From a virus, in IMG/VR virus record IMGVR_UViG_3300031521_000033, positions 30,210 through 94,209 of that record: 64,000 nucleotides of DNA. One strand, written 5' to 3'. Below the pieces are notes generated by a model. The model saw only the letters and a list, made by a program, of their open reading frames with translations, was not told the DNA's origin and did not search any database. Positions 8,689 to 18,695 of this stretch are shown in pieces. Every line of letters starts with the position of its first letter. Position 1 is the first letter of the stretch. Position numbers and translations under genes: made by a program.

Positions 8689-9144
8689 TTATACACCCCT
8701 TAACAATTCCGTAAAATCATAATCATAATATATCCGTTTCTTTTTTCCTTTAATTACCAATCCAAATTTTATTGCATCCTGTGATGATAATGATTTTTTA
8801 CCCGAGTCTCTTAATTTAACCAATTCCTGTATTGTTATGAATGCTGTAATGTCTTTTTCAACAAACCATACCATTACACCTGCCACAATTCCATTTACTT
8901 TAGATGCTATTTCCAAACCTTCCCATTGATTTTCTCTAATCCCTGATGTAAAATTTAATGTGTTACTATGTATTGTTTTTAATTCTAATAGAAACATATG
9001 TGGATGATTATATACTACAAAATCTGCTGGCGAGTTAATACCCTTGAAACCTGCTGTCTGATCATAGATACGAAAAACCCATGTATGCTTATACTTAGAT
9101 AGTTGCTCTTTTACATTATCCTCAAAATTCTTTGCAAGACTCAT
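8689..9144 (-). CDS. RecU-like Holliday junction resolvase
   Basis: NFE...PADF...LELKT...ENQW PD-(D/E)xK pattern. Confidence 0.75.
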   Translation of the reverse strand: MSLAKNFEDNVKEQLSKYKHTWVFRIYDQTAGFKGINSPADFVVYNHPHMFLLELKTIHSNTLNFTSGIRENQWEGLEIASKVNGIVAGVMVWFVEKDITAFITIQELVKLRDSGKKSLSSQDAIKFGLVIKGKKKRIYYDYDFTELLRGV

Positions 9145-9147
9145 AAG

Positions 9148-9348
9148 CTATTCACATCCTCCCGTTGCTTTATTATCAACTGTCCAATAAGCACCATTCA
9201 TAATAATCAATTCCACAACACAAAACGTATTTTTACGCATGAAATGTCCTAACTGTTTCAATGCATTTGCTTTTGTTTTATACACCTTTATTTGGGTATC
9301 TTTCGATCCATAATATGACCGATCAATCATATTGTAAATTGCATACAT
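9148..9348 (-). CDS. hypothetical protein, tandem paralog
   Basis: MYAIY...KD..IKV.KT shared with next ORF. Confidence 0.6.
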   Translation of the reverse strand: MYAIYNMIDRSYYGSKDTQIKVYKTKANALKQLGHFMRKNTFCVVELIIMNGAYWTVDNKATGGCE

Positions 9349-9352
9349 TTTA

Positions 9353-9541
9353 TCAACCCCTTAATTCATTCGTACCAATTGTTTCATCTAATACAATTTT
9401 AATCTTAACAACTTTAGCTTCATCAGGTCTATAATATCTATCTATTCTTGCCTGTGCCCATTTATAGGTTTTGAATACTTTAATTTCACTGTCTTTTCCC
9501 GCTAGATAAAAACCCATATTTGAAAAATATATTGCATACAT
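9353..9541 (-). CDS. hypothetical protein, tandem paralog
   Basis: MYAIY...KD..IKV.KT; GGAGG RBS. Confidence 0.6.
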   Translation of the reverse strand: MYAIYFSNMGFYLAGKDSEIKVFKTYKWAQARIDRYYRPDEAKVVKIKIVLDETIGTNELRG

Positions 9542-9552
9542 ATTTATTCCTC

Positions 9553-10431
9553 CTATTTTGTTAATCTGATATCAAAATTATCTAATTTACCCTTTGATTT
9601 TAATATTTCCATTATTGTATTATAGCATACTTCTGGTGAATTTGCTTCATGTGAAATATGTGCTAAAAATATGATTCGTTTTTTAGTGTTGTCTAGTTCT
9701 GTTAATATATTTCCAGCTACCTTATTGCATAAATGCCCGGTATTGCTAACAATTCTATCTTTCAACTCTTGTGCATATGAACATTCATCTAACACCACTG
9801 GATCATAATTTGATTCTAATACAATTACTTCCGACATATTTAACGACTCTTGAATTTCTTTTGTAATAAATCCTAAATCTGTAAATACGGACACTGAAAC
9901 ATAATGTGAGCCACTTTCAATAAAATACCCACACGGACTTTCAGCATCGTGGGATGTTGATACCCCATAAAATGTAAGATCTCCTGCAAATCCTACACAT
10001 ATCTGTTTTGAACTATCCTTCATTGATTTTAATTGGCCATATAATGATTCATCAATTTTTTCCTTTACTGCTTCTATTGTTCCCTCTTTTGACCATACGG
10101 GCATTTTATATTTTTTCATTAACACAGGTAATGCTCTAATATGATCAATGTGTTCATGTGTAATTAAAATAGCTTCAATATCTTCAATGTTTACACCGAG
10201 TTCAGCTAATTTCTTTTTAACCTGAATTGTTGTAATCCCAACATCAACAAGGATCTTTGTACCTTCTATTTCGATATATGTGCAATTACCCTTGCTGCCA
10301 CTTGCAAGTACTGCCACCCTTCCCCATTCTGCCTCATACAACTGACTATACGGTGGAACTTCATAATTTAATTTTGGTTTAATTTTTGCTAATCTTTGCT
10401 TTTCACAAATTAACTGTAATAATTTTCTCAT
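9553..10431 (-). CDS. MBL-fold metallohydrolase, YycJ/WalJ-like nuclease
   Basis: LASGSKGN, THEHIDH, SHDA, TDLG, ESNYD, GHL.N, LAHIS..N motifs. Confidence 0.88.
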   Translation of the reverse strand: MRKLLQLICEKQRLAKIKPKLNYEVPPYSQLYEAEWGRVAVLASGSKGNCTYIEIEGTKILVDVGITTIQVKKKLAELGVNIEDIEAILITHEHIDHIRALPVLMKKYKMPVWSKEGTIEAVKEKIDESLYGQLKSMKDSSKQICVGFAGDLTFYGVSTSHDAESPCGYFIESGSHYVSVSVFTDLGFITKEIQESLNMSEVIVLESNYDPVVLDECSYAQELKDRIVSNTGHLCNKVAGNILTELDNTKKRIIFLAHISHEANSPEVCYNTIMEILKSKGKLDNFDIRLTK

Positions 10432-11498
10432 GCTGAATATTCTCCTGTGATAATTTTTACCTCATCATTGCAAAACACAATACTTCCTTTAAGTCCATAT
10501 TCTACAATAACAGTATCAGAAACAATAGTAGAAAGAATTTGCTTAAGCTTATCAATAATGCCGACAAACTTAAAATCGACAGGGTTATTAGACTCAATAT
10601 AATTAATTTTTTCCTCACTCTTACCTTTACCATCTTCTATAACAACTCCACTACAATTAAATTTTAATGTTGCTGTGTTAATATCAAACTTTGACTTAAG
10701 GATCTGCATTCTTCTGATTGCCCCTGACAACTCACTCCTGCTTACTTTGCACATTGATGGGTAACTTATATCCAATACTGGTTTTACATCGTCAAATGGG
10801 AAGTCAGGTGCATACCCTTTGATATATACCATAAATGTATCTGTTGAATATAACAGACTATGGTCTTTTCCATATGCTAATGTGATATCATCCTCTTTAA
10901 ATCCTGTAACCAATCTAACTGTATCAGGTGTTAATGATAATTTGTTATCACATAAATGACTATAGCTAAGTGCAATATTACCACCATCACCTGTTACAAC
11001 AGATCCATACCCTTGATAGTATGAATGTAATTTTCCTTCCCCAATTTGAGGACTTCCGACTGCAATTCCATTATACTTTAACGTCTTATCATACTCAACT
11101 CTTTTAACAACTTCCTTTGATAAAAATCCTTCTTCATACTTAAACATAGGGTATTTAATTGGCTTGCCTGTTTCATCCGGTGGTAATTCAATATTATATT
11201 TACCATTTGCCTTAACTGTTAGTACTAAATTTTCCGCTGTCAGCGTTACTTCATCTGTTGTAACTGTATTGATTAGTTTTTGAATTGTTTCAGTCTGTAC
11301 AACACATTCCAGGCCGTCTTCAATTAATTCTTCCGTCTTTGAAATTACATAATTTGCACCGTCTGATCCCATAATTGATAACTTACCATTGCTTGCCTCC
11401 ATTGCAATTAAAGCTGTTAATGGGTAAAGTTTATCCTGCTTGATTGATTTTGCCACTTGGTTTAACATGTTTCTTAAAATAGATGTCTTAATTTTCAT
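10428..11498 (-). CDS. dnaN: DNA polymerase III beta-like sliding clamp
   Basis: ~356 aa; GSDG and TGDG motifs at DnaN TD/TDG positions; start reassigned to MKIKT. Confidence 0.7.
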   Translation of the reverse strand: MKIKTSILRNMLNQVAKSIKQDKLYPLTALIAMEASNGKLSIMGSDGANYVISKTEELIEDGLECVVQTETIQKLINTVTTDEVTLTAENLVLTVKANGKYNIELPPDETGKPIKYPMFKYEEGFLSKEVVKRVEYDKTLKYNGIAVGSPQIGEGKLHSYYQGYGSVVTGDGGNIALSYSHLCDNKLSLTPDTVRLVTGFKEDDITLAYGKDHSLLYSTDTFMVYIKGYAPDFPFDDVKPVLDISYPSMCKVSRSELSGAIRRMQILKSKFDINTATLKFNCSGVVIEDGKGKSEEKINYIESNNPVDFKFVGIIDKLKQILSTIVSDTVIVEYGLKGSIVFCNDEVKIITGEYSA

Positions 11499-11757
11499 TT
11501 TTATTATCTCCTTTATCATATAATACACAATCTTTTGCTAAAAACTCATACGCATCTTTGAATCCATGCAATTGCGCATGTTGATGTAATACCACATCGA
11601 TGTGTTCCCCACATAATTTACAAATACAATTTTTTGGTAAAAATCTATCATCAAAAGTATACTCAGACTTATCACTATTGTTCGTTTTAATACCCATAAG
11701 ACATTTCTCCCACTCCATTTCTTTTGCCAACTTGGCAGACTCTATTCCTCCACGCAT
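11488..11757 (-). CDS. small C2H2 zinc-finger-like protein
   Basis: CKLC...H...HG. Confidence 0.5.
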   Translation of the reverse strand: MRGGIESAKLAKEMEWEKCLMGIKTNNSDKSEYTFDDRFLPKNCICKLCGEHIDVVLHQHAQLHGFKDAYEFLAKDCVLYDKGDNKNEN

Positions 11758-11761
11758 AATT

Positions 11762-14700
11762 TTAATCCTCTTTTTTCAACTCTATTAATTTTCCACCTTC
11801 ATCAAAAGTGTATTCTTGACCATACCATACGAAGCTATATACTGCATCACAGATCAATTGAGCTTTTAAATCATTACCAGCACTTACCATGCATTCCTCT
11901 AATATCTTACCAACTTCTTGTGCATGCTCAACTGGGCATTCCATAATAATTTCATCATAAATCTGTAATAACATATGTGCATCTAATTCTTTTAACCGCC
12001 GATCTCCAGCTATTGTCCTATTGTATACTGCAATCATAGCCTTTTTTGTTAAATCTGCTGCTGTACCCTGAATCGGCGAGTTGAAACTTTGACGTGTTGC
12101 CTGTGCAATAAACCCACCATTTTGTCTAATATTAACATGCTTTGTTCTTGCTTGCCTAATAATTTCATCTTTTTCTTTGTATGATCTTGTTTGGCTTAAT
12201 GCTGTTAAATATGATGCTTTAATCTCATCTGATACATTTTCACCAAATTCAAAATCAGGTAATTGAATATCAGGAAGTCTACGTTTTCTTCCAAAAAATG
12301 TTTCTACATATCCGTTTAGTTTTGCACTAATTACAACATTTTCTAAATATCTTGAAAGTTCAGGATAAGCTCTTAAAACTGCATCTTGTATTTCTTGTGC
12401 CTTTTTATTATCAACATGTAATTCTTCTGCAATTGCCGGTATTCCTTTTCCATAGATGATGCCAAGGCAAACTTTTTTGGCTTTGTTTCTTCTGTCCTTG
12501 CCTTCTTTATATGTTGTCCCATCTGCATTCTTTTCAACACATTCTTCATACTTAAATCCAAATGCAATACTTGCTACTGCTGAATAAATGTCCTTCTTAT
12601 CTGCAAATGCCTTTAACATTTTATGATCATCTGCAATTGATGCAACTGCCATCATTTCCTGTTGCGAAAAATCACACCCTACAAATATCATTCCATCTGT
12701 TGCTTTAAACATTGTTCTAATTTCTTCATTGTGACTTGGAATATTACTCAGATTTGGTTTTTTACATGTAAACCTTCCTGTATTATGACATATAACAGAA
12801 TTAGCTATAAAGCTGTGCGTATTTGGCACATGAAAATCATATACATCATTTGTTCCAGTCTCAATTTTTGTAACTGGTAAATAAATATAGTTACAATACT
12901 GTAATGGTTTATCCATTTTATTAGTTGACATTGCACATGCCTTTTTTGTTTCAATCACCCCTACTTCCGTTATAAATGTATTGTAGCTAAACCTTGATAT
13001 TGTTATTCTATTATATTTATATTCGTGATATTTACTGTCAGTTCTGTTTATAGCAGATAGTATACCATAATTTAGTAAAGACCCCTGTATAAATTTAGCC
13101 GTTACATCATCTGTTATACTTAATTTTAATCTGTTCCCACATAAAGAGCTATCAAGTGTACACCCCTTAATAAATGCCTTTATAACACTCCATGGGGACA
13201 TTCTAATTTCTTTACATACTTTTTTATTCCTTGCCCCATGTTTAATATAATCATCAAACCATGAAATACCTTTGCTAGATACATATGTTTCCATTGTTGT
13301 ATTTGCCTTTATAGTTTTACCATTTATACCGAATACACTGTTAAATAAGTATTTAACCCTGTTAATTACATCAGGATCATCATTTGATATTCTTATAGTA
13401 TATGATCCATTTGATGTTCTTATACTACCATCTGCATTGTACACACCAAGTAATTCTGCTAATTCTTCTGTCATCACACCTGGTTTACTTTTTGGTATTA
13501 CTTTACTTCGTGTGGTGGGAATATATGATGATTTTGAAAGGTTTACATAGTTAGCTGGGAACTTTTTAAACCCAAATGGTATTTCAACCAAATCACCAAT
13601 TGTTAGATCCTTTAGTAGTCTGAACTTTCCGGTTGTATACAACTTCTTGTCATAATTTATTCCTCGGTTAGTATGTCTATTAGCTAGTGTATACCCCGAC
13701 ACTCTAATAGGATGATGGGGCGTTCCCTCAATTGTAATTCCCATTCTTGTAGTTATTTTAATCGTATCTATACTACTAAATTTTATAACCTTTGATGCTA
13801 CTTCATACTCACAATCCTTATTCACAATTATAGTGTCCGTTGATTTAAAGGTATTATCCTCCACATTGCCAACTATATCCGATATTTCCTCATACCCCTT
13901 AGAGGTAATTACTAGACTTTCCCCCGTAATGCAGTCAGCACCTACCGTATTGTAATTACCATGTATTCGTCCGTCACCTGCTTTAGCATTTTCAATTAGT
14001 GGATCTATATATGTTCCAATTAATTTGCTAATTCCTCTAATATTTAAAATAGCCTTTGCAATTGGTATTTCTGGTATTGTTTCTAATACTTCCACACCCG
14101 TTGGTCTTGTCATTTTCTTTGTCTTTTTATCCCGGACTGGCTTTAATACTTTAAGAACATCATAAAACATTGTAGCCAATTGCTGTGGGCTTGCTGGATT
14201 TGGTGGATATTCAATATTGTTGTGCTTTGTCTGGCATTGATACATTTTAATTTCTGGTTCTAATTCCGCGCAGCATCTTAAATATTCTTCATGGTATTTC
14301 TTACCAATATTATCATATTTAATCTTTAATTCATATGCCCTTGCTAAGTCTAATTCTATCCCTCTGTCCATCATTTCTGCTGTTGGTGTTAATACTGGTA
14401 TTTCAATATTATAGAATATATCACAAACCCTGTCCAGCTTTTGTTTAATACATTCTGGTGTTCCCTTTGTAAGATATGGAAGTTGAAATCCAAATAATTC
14501 AAATGTCATTTCAGCATCATGTGCCGCGTATGGATAGCCTGTTTCAATTGGTAACATTGGAAATGGGATACCATCAAATAATTCGCCAAACTTGAATATG
14601 TCTGCTTTACCATTTAATATATATTTGTTATGTAAAAATTTTAACCCATGTTCATCTTCATTTTCATTTAACAATCTCGATGCAATATATGTATCCCAAT

Positions 14701-15229
14701 AACATGGTAAAATAACTCCTACTTGATGTTTAATTACTCTTCTATCAAACATGTAATTATGCCAAATAATTTTAATATTTAAATCAACAATCATTTGCAT
14801 AGCCTTTTTTATATCTTTAATAGATATTTGATTATCTACTTTTGCTCCTGTAATATATGATACATGATTTATTGGAATATAGCAAGCAACTTGTGAAGGT
14901 GAATATAAACTTATTCCTGCAATAACATCTTTGAATACATCTAATCCGCTTGTTTCTGTATCCATTGCGATTATTTCATCTTTTGTCGCTCTATCTATAT
15001 ATTCAAATAATTCATTTGCATCTCTAATTACATAATACTTTGCTTTATACTCCGCAAGACTGCTTTCTACCATAGCTTTAATTCCGGCTATCTTATCAAT
15101 TAGTGAATTTCCACCCTTTAGTCTTACCTTTGCACCCATACTCTCAATATCTGACGTCTTGCTTAATAGTAAAGAATCCCTACTCGAACTATTGGCTCTT
15201 GTAGGGATCTTAACACTAAATAGACTCAA
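11762..15229 (-). CDS. polA: family A DNA polymerase (3'-5' exonuclease + polymerase, no 5' nuclease), intein-containing
   Basis: DTETSG ExoI, HNY.FD, YAAHDA, TGR..PNLSNIP, DFSQQE motif A, R..AK...LGIIYG motif B, NSPIQGTAAD, QIYDE motif C. Confidence 0.95.
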   Translation of the reverse strand: MSLFSVKIPTRANSSSRDSLLLSKTSDIESMGAKVRLKGGNSLIDKIAGIKAMVESSLAEYKAKYYVIRDANELFEYIDRATKDEIIAMDTETSGLDVFKDVIAGISLYSPSQVACYIPINHVSYITGAKVDNQISIKDIKKAMQMIVDLNIKIIWHNYMFDRRVIKHQVGVILPCYWDTYIASRLLNENEDEHGLKFLHNKYILNGKADIFKFGELFDGIPFPMLPIETGYPYAAHDAEMTFELFGFQLPYLTKGTPECIKQKLDRVCDIFYNIEIPVLTPTAEMMDRGIELDLARAYELKIKYDNIGKKYHEEYLRCCAELEPEIKMYQCQTKHNNIEYPPNPASPQQLATMFYDVLKVLKPVRDKKTKKMTRPTGVEVLETIPEIPIAKAILNIRGISKLIGTYIDPLIENAKAGDGRIHGNYNTVGADCITGESLVITSKGYEEISDIVGNVEDNTFKSTDTIIVNKDCEYEVASKVIKFSSIDTIKITTRMGITIEGTPHHPIRVSGYTLANRHTNRGINYDKKLYTTGKFRLLKDLTIGDLVEIPFGFKKFPANYVNLSKSSYIPTTRSKVIPKSKPGVMTEELAELLGVYNADGSIRTSNGSYTIRISNDDPDVINRVKYLFNSVFGINGKTIKANTTMETYVSSKGISWFDDYIKHGARNKKVCKEIRMSPWSVIKAFIKGCTLDSSLCGNRLKLSITDDVTAKFIQGSLLNYGILSAINRTDSKYHEYKYNRITISRFSYNTFITEVGVIETKKACAMSTNKMDKPLQYCNYIYLPVTKIETGTNDVYDFHVPNTHSFIANSVICHNTGRFTCKKPNLSNIPSHNEEIRTMFKATDGMIFVGCDFSQQEMMAVASIADDHKMLKAFADKKDIYSAVASIAFGFKYEECVEKNADGTTYKEGKDRRNKAKKVCLGIIYGKGIPAIAEELHVDNKKAQEIQDAVLRAYPELSRYLENVVISAKLNGYVETFFGRKRRLPDIQLPDFEFGENVSDEIKASYLTALSQTRSYKEKDEIIRQARTKHVNIRQNGGFIAQATRQSFNSPIQGTAADLTKKAMIAVYNRTIAGDRRLKELDAHMLLQIYDEIIMECPVEHAQEVGKILEECMVSAGNDLKAQLICDAVYSFVWYGQEYTFDEGGKLIELKKED
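12782..13933 (-). mobile_element. intein with LAGLIDADG homing endonuclease in PolA (384 aa)
   Basis: Starts CITGESLV, ends VYDFHVPNTHSFIANSVICHN, +1 Thr of TGRF; LLGVYNADG block; removal restores NTVGAD-TGRF. Confidence 0.93.
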
Positions 15230-15232
15230 ACT

Positions 15233-16093
15233 TTAAAAGTCTACCTTTGGAGTTGGTCTGTGTCTTGGTTGTACTTTTGTTTGTACAGGCGGTTGTTCAG
15301 GTGCTTTAGATGGAGGTTCAACTGCCGTTGCTGGTGGTGTTGCTGCAATTGGTTGTTTGGTCGGTTCTGATTTAACTTCTGTACTCGGTGCTACTGTTGC
15401 AGACGGAATTGAATTAAATGGCAAAAATCCCTGCTCGATATAACAATTCATTTGGTCTGCACTTGCATCCATCAATGTTGTTCCTAAAATTTCAGGTACT
15501 TCATATTGTACTAAAAGTGCTTCAATATCTTCTTTTGTTACCGGTGGGTAAGGTGTTCCATTTTCATCTGAATCACATGCATATAATTTGTATGTAGTCT
15601 GCAAATCAGATCCAATACGTTCAATTTCAATTACTTTACCATATAAAGGTAAATTACGTTTTGCATATGGACTTAATTCATCTTTTACCCAACCCATACC
15701 GCGTTCAAAATACTCATACTGATTGGTATTAATATTAACTAATTTTAAGAATACCTTTGCGTGTCTATGTCGACTATCCGATTTTCCATCTTCGCCTTTA
15801 AGGTGATTATATTCTTTACAAAATGGGCAATCATCGACGTGTCTGCCGTCCTCATTTAGACAATTTACTTCTTTCCAATATTTAACACCTTTTTTGTTCT
15901 CACATGGCACTTTATGAATGAAATATGCATCAACATCATCCACTGTAGCAGATAATAATCTAACTCGTGCGGTTTCATTTGATTTTTTTAGTGAAAAATA
16001 TGGATAAAACTTAACTGGTGTACGTTCTGCACCGTCGTTTGCTTCTCTTGCTTCTTGATATGCCTGATATTGTCCAATATTAATTCTAGCCAT
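15233..16093 (-). CDS. single-stranded DNA-binding protein (gp32-like)
   Basis: Upstream of polA; FSLK..ETARVR, H..C..CPFC, ERIGS..TTY; Pro-rich tail ending DF. Confidence 0.7.
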   Translation of the reverse strand: MARINIGQYQAYQEAREANDGAERTPVKFYPYFSLKKSNETARVRLLSATVDDVDAYFIHKVPCENKKGVKYWKEVNCLNEDGRHVDDCPFCKEYNHLKGEDGKSDSRHRHAKVFLKLVNINTNQYEYFERGMGWVKDELSPYAKRNLPLYGKVIEIERIGSDLQTTYKLYACDSDENGTPYPPVTKEDIEALLVQYEVPEILGTTLMDASADQMNCYIEQGFLPFNSIPSATVAPSTEVKSEPTKQPIAATPPATAVEPPSKAPEQPPVQTKVQPRHRPTPKVDF

Positions 16094-16192
16094 TATTATT
16101 TATCCCCTTTTCTGTGCGCTGGTGCTTTCAGCCGTTTCATTCTGTTTTCTTTTGCCATTTTTGCGAATACCTGTTTGATCATTACGTATGGT

Positions 16193-16435
16193 TTATTTAC
16201 CATTGTTTTCATTTTCATCATCCTTTTTCTTTTTATCATATGAGTTAATTAATGATTTCTTAATGTAGTTAATGCAATTGCTCATCGCATCTTAATATCC
16301 GGCCCTATATGCTTTGCGATTTTTAAGATTTGGCTGATTAAAAATTTTAATCTGATGTTCTTCTAAGTCCTTAATCTGCGATTCTGCAACTAGATTTAAT
16401 GTCTTTTGTAGCTCTAATGCTTCTGCTTCTTTCAT
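16193..16435 (-). pseudogene. small ORF interrupted by in-frame TAA at 16292-16294
   Basis: MKEAEALEL...KAYRAGY*DAMSNCINYIKK... stays in frame for 81 codons. Confidence 0.45.
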
Positions 16436-16611
16436 ATGTTATTTTACCTCTTCCACTTCATCTATGCTAAATTCTGTAACAACACCTGCTCTGTCCATGA
16501 TATCATCTGCACACATACTATTAAACTTATCTTCTGCATCATCTTCTGACTCTGCATCAATTTCAACACTTTCCCATGAACTTTCCATTTCAAAATAAAC
16601 TTTAAATGTTT

Positions 16612-16905
16612 TCAATGTTTTACCACCTTTTCATATTTTTCTTTGAATTTTTCCGCTGGTACTACTGAAATATTTCCTTCATTATCTTTTACAATATAAT
16701 CATTCACTGCCACATGATATAATCCGTTACTATTTTCAAAAAATAGCTCACATGGTTCTCTTCCATCTGTACCTTTATCATAATATAATTGTCCTAATTC
16801 ATGCAGTTGAACTGCCCAATCAGGTACATAATACCCATTCTTACCACGTAGATCACCATCATACTGGAATGTACTTACAAGTTCCTCTTTACGTTTATAG
16901 ATCAT
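16612..16905 (-). CDS. conserved phage protein (GDYIV..G...F...YE type)
   Basis: VNDYIVKDNEG...KFKEKYE; AGGAGG RBS. Confidence 0.65.
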   Translation of the reverse strand: MIYKRKEELVSTFQYDGDLRGKNGYYVPDWAVQLHELGQLYYDKGTDGREPCELFFENSNGLYHVAVNDYIVKDNEGNISVVPAEKFKEKYEKVVKH

Positions 16906-16933
16906 TTTATTTCCTCCTTTTCTCTACTCTTAT

Positions 16934-16962
16934 ATAATACCATTTTAAAACTACTTTGTCAA
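16934..16962 (-). promoter_or_regulatory. sigma-A promoter TTGACA-17-TATTAT (extended -10)
   Basis: Direct sequence. Confidence 0.75.
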
Positions 16963-16968
16963 CTGTTT

Positions 16969-17982
16969 TTATGAATCTTTATATTTTAATAAAAACTCAG
17001 GATTGATTGCCTTGAAACTGATTCGATCATACCGATTATTAGCACAGGTGTAGGTAATAGGTCTAATTACAAGTCCTTCACGTTGAATATCACGTAATGC
17101 TGATTTTCCTGTTGCCATTTTCACAATACTGTCAATATCATTTGATAGTAAATACTGATCCTCTAAAATAGGCACTGTCCTTAATCTAAGTTTATCCATA
17201 AGTGATACAAATTGTTGATACTGCAGGTATTCTTGTGTGTCAATATTAAATACGTTGAAGAATCTGATGCTATACCCTTTAACATCATATTTATTTTTTT
17301 GAATGCCCTCCCCAATTAATTCCCCCTGCAGCATAATATTTGGTAATACATCATGTACACTCCATAATTTATCTTCGAAATCAAGTAATCTCGCGATATT
17401 CCAGTATAAATTATTTTCTGTTTCTTTTAAATCAATATTTCTACTGCATACTCCAAATACACCATCTTTAAGATAACATGTAAAACTTGTTCCATCTAAT
17501 TTTTCGGTAACATAACATCTTACACCCTTGTTATCATTTAATAGTCGCTGCAAATTTTGTACTCGGGTTTCATCACTTTTTGGAATCCATTCTGGAAATA
17601 ACCCTTTTGCTTCGCCTCTTAAATTAGCAGGTAATTTTGGTTCATATTTTGTTGCACCAATTATTTCAGTTACATCTTGATCTTCCATATATTCCCCCGG
17701 CGGTAGAATACTGTCTGGAAACACAATCCCTTGACTAATTTGTTTCCGAAGTCTAATTGTTCTAATCCTTTGCATATTGCCTTGGCTGTTCTTTAAAAAC
17801 TCAAACTCTGGTTTGTCTGGCATAATTGTATCTACTTCTGCATATACAACATCATCACCCACTTTGAATTGATCTTTTAATACAACTACATGCCAACCAA
17901 GAATTGTTGCCACTTCAATTTTATCTGCCCCTTCAATTGGCTGAATATCTAGTACTCTTTGAATGCTCACTAAATTTCTCAT
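16969..17982 (-). CDS. ATP-dependent RNA ligase (DRB0094/Rnl2-like with N-terminal OB module)
   Basis: IEGADKIE N-domain, TEKLDGTS motif I, QGELIG, FFNV, REGLV, SFKAI. Confidence 0.88.
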   Translation of the reverse strand: MRNLVSIQRVLDIQPIEGADKIEVATILGWHVVVLKDQFKVGDDVVYAEVDTIMPDKPEFEFLKNSQGNMQRIRTIRLRKQISQGIVFPDSILPPGEYMEDQDVTEIIGATKYEPKLPANLRGEAKGLFPEWIPKSDETRVQNLQRLLNDNKGVRCYVTEKLDGTSFTCYLKDGVFGVCSRNIDLKETENNLYWNIARLLDFEDKLWSVHDVLPNIMLQGELIGEGIQKNKYDVKGYSIRFFNVFNIDTQEYLQYQQFVSLMDKLRLRTVPILEDQYLLSNDIDSIVKMATGKSALRDIQREGLVIRPITYTCANNRYDRISFKAINPEFLLKYKDS

Positions 17983-18441
17983 TTATTCATCCTCCCATTC
18001 CACGTCTGGATACTTGTTTTTAAGAAATTCAATATTGCTTCGCATATTTTTATACCACTGAATATCATAATCTTTCTGTTTTAATTCCTTATTACTACGT
18101 ACTTTTTCTAATTCTTCACGTACTAAAATTTTGTACTCATCTTCACAAAAACCTGTAATTGCCATAAATGCCTTTTTTGCATCCCTGTTAGTCAAAGACT
18201 GTAGAAATTCATCTCTATCAACTGGTTCATTTTCTATGTCGTTATCATCTTCTGAATGGTCTATTGTAATGTACATTGGATAAATACATACATTTTTTTC
18301 ATTGTCCTCTACCACAATATATGAAATTGAATTTCCTTCCGGCAATCCAGAATATGTATCATAAATATGTGGAAAATGTACACCAATAAGCGTTTTTCCC
18401 TTTAGAGAACAATCACTACTCAATATAATAAGTTCTTTCAT
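17983..18441 (-). CDS. hypothetical protein
   Basis: GGAGG RBS. Confidence 0.6.
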   Translation of the reverse strand: MKELIILSSDCSLKGKTLIGVHFPHIYDTYSGLPEGNSISYIVVEDNEKNVCIYPMYITIDHSEDDNDIENEPVDRDEFLQSLTNRDAKKAFMAITGFCEDEYKILVREELEKVRSNKELKQKDYDIQWYKNMRSNIEFLKNKYPDVEWEDE

Positions 18442-18695
18442 TAATATCTACCTCCAATTTTAAAATGTTGTTGTATGCTATCCCTAATTAGCCTTTTAAT
18501 TTCATCCTCGTTATCGTCAACGTATTCTTCAATATATACTGATAGCGGACCAAAATCAATTGCATTCCTAACTTGTTCTCTAAGTTCATCTTTAATTATT
18601 GATCTTATTGTATCATCATCAATCTCATTTGCAATCTTACTAAATCTTTCTGCAAGTGGTTTTAAAACAATATATTTTTCTGTTTGATTATTCAT
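18441..18695 (-). CDS. hypothetical protein
   Basis: AAGGAG RBS. Confidence 0.6.
   Translation of the reverse strand: MNNQTEKYIVLKPLAERFSKIANEIDDDTIRSIIKDELREQVRNAIDFGPLSVYIEEYVDDNEDEIKRLIRDSIQQHFKIGGRY

Noticed and set aside
11762-15229. Modified-base (e.g. dZ or 7-deazaguanine) replication system suggested by odd PolA motifs and MazG
   Set aside because: No PurZ, Que/Dpd or other base-modification genes in this window; cannot be supported
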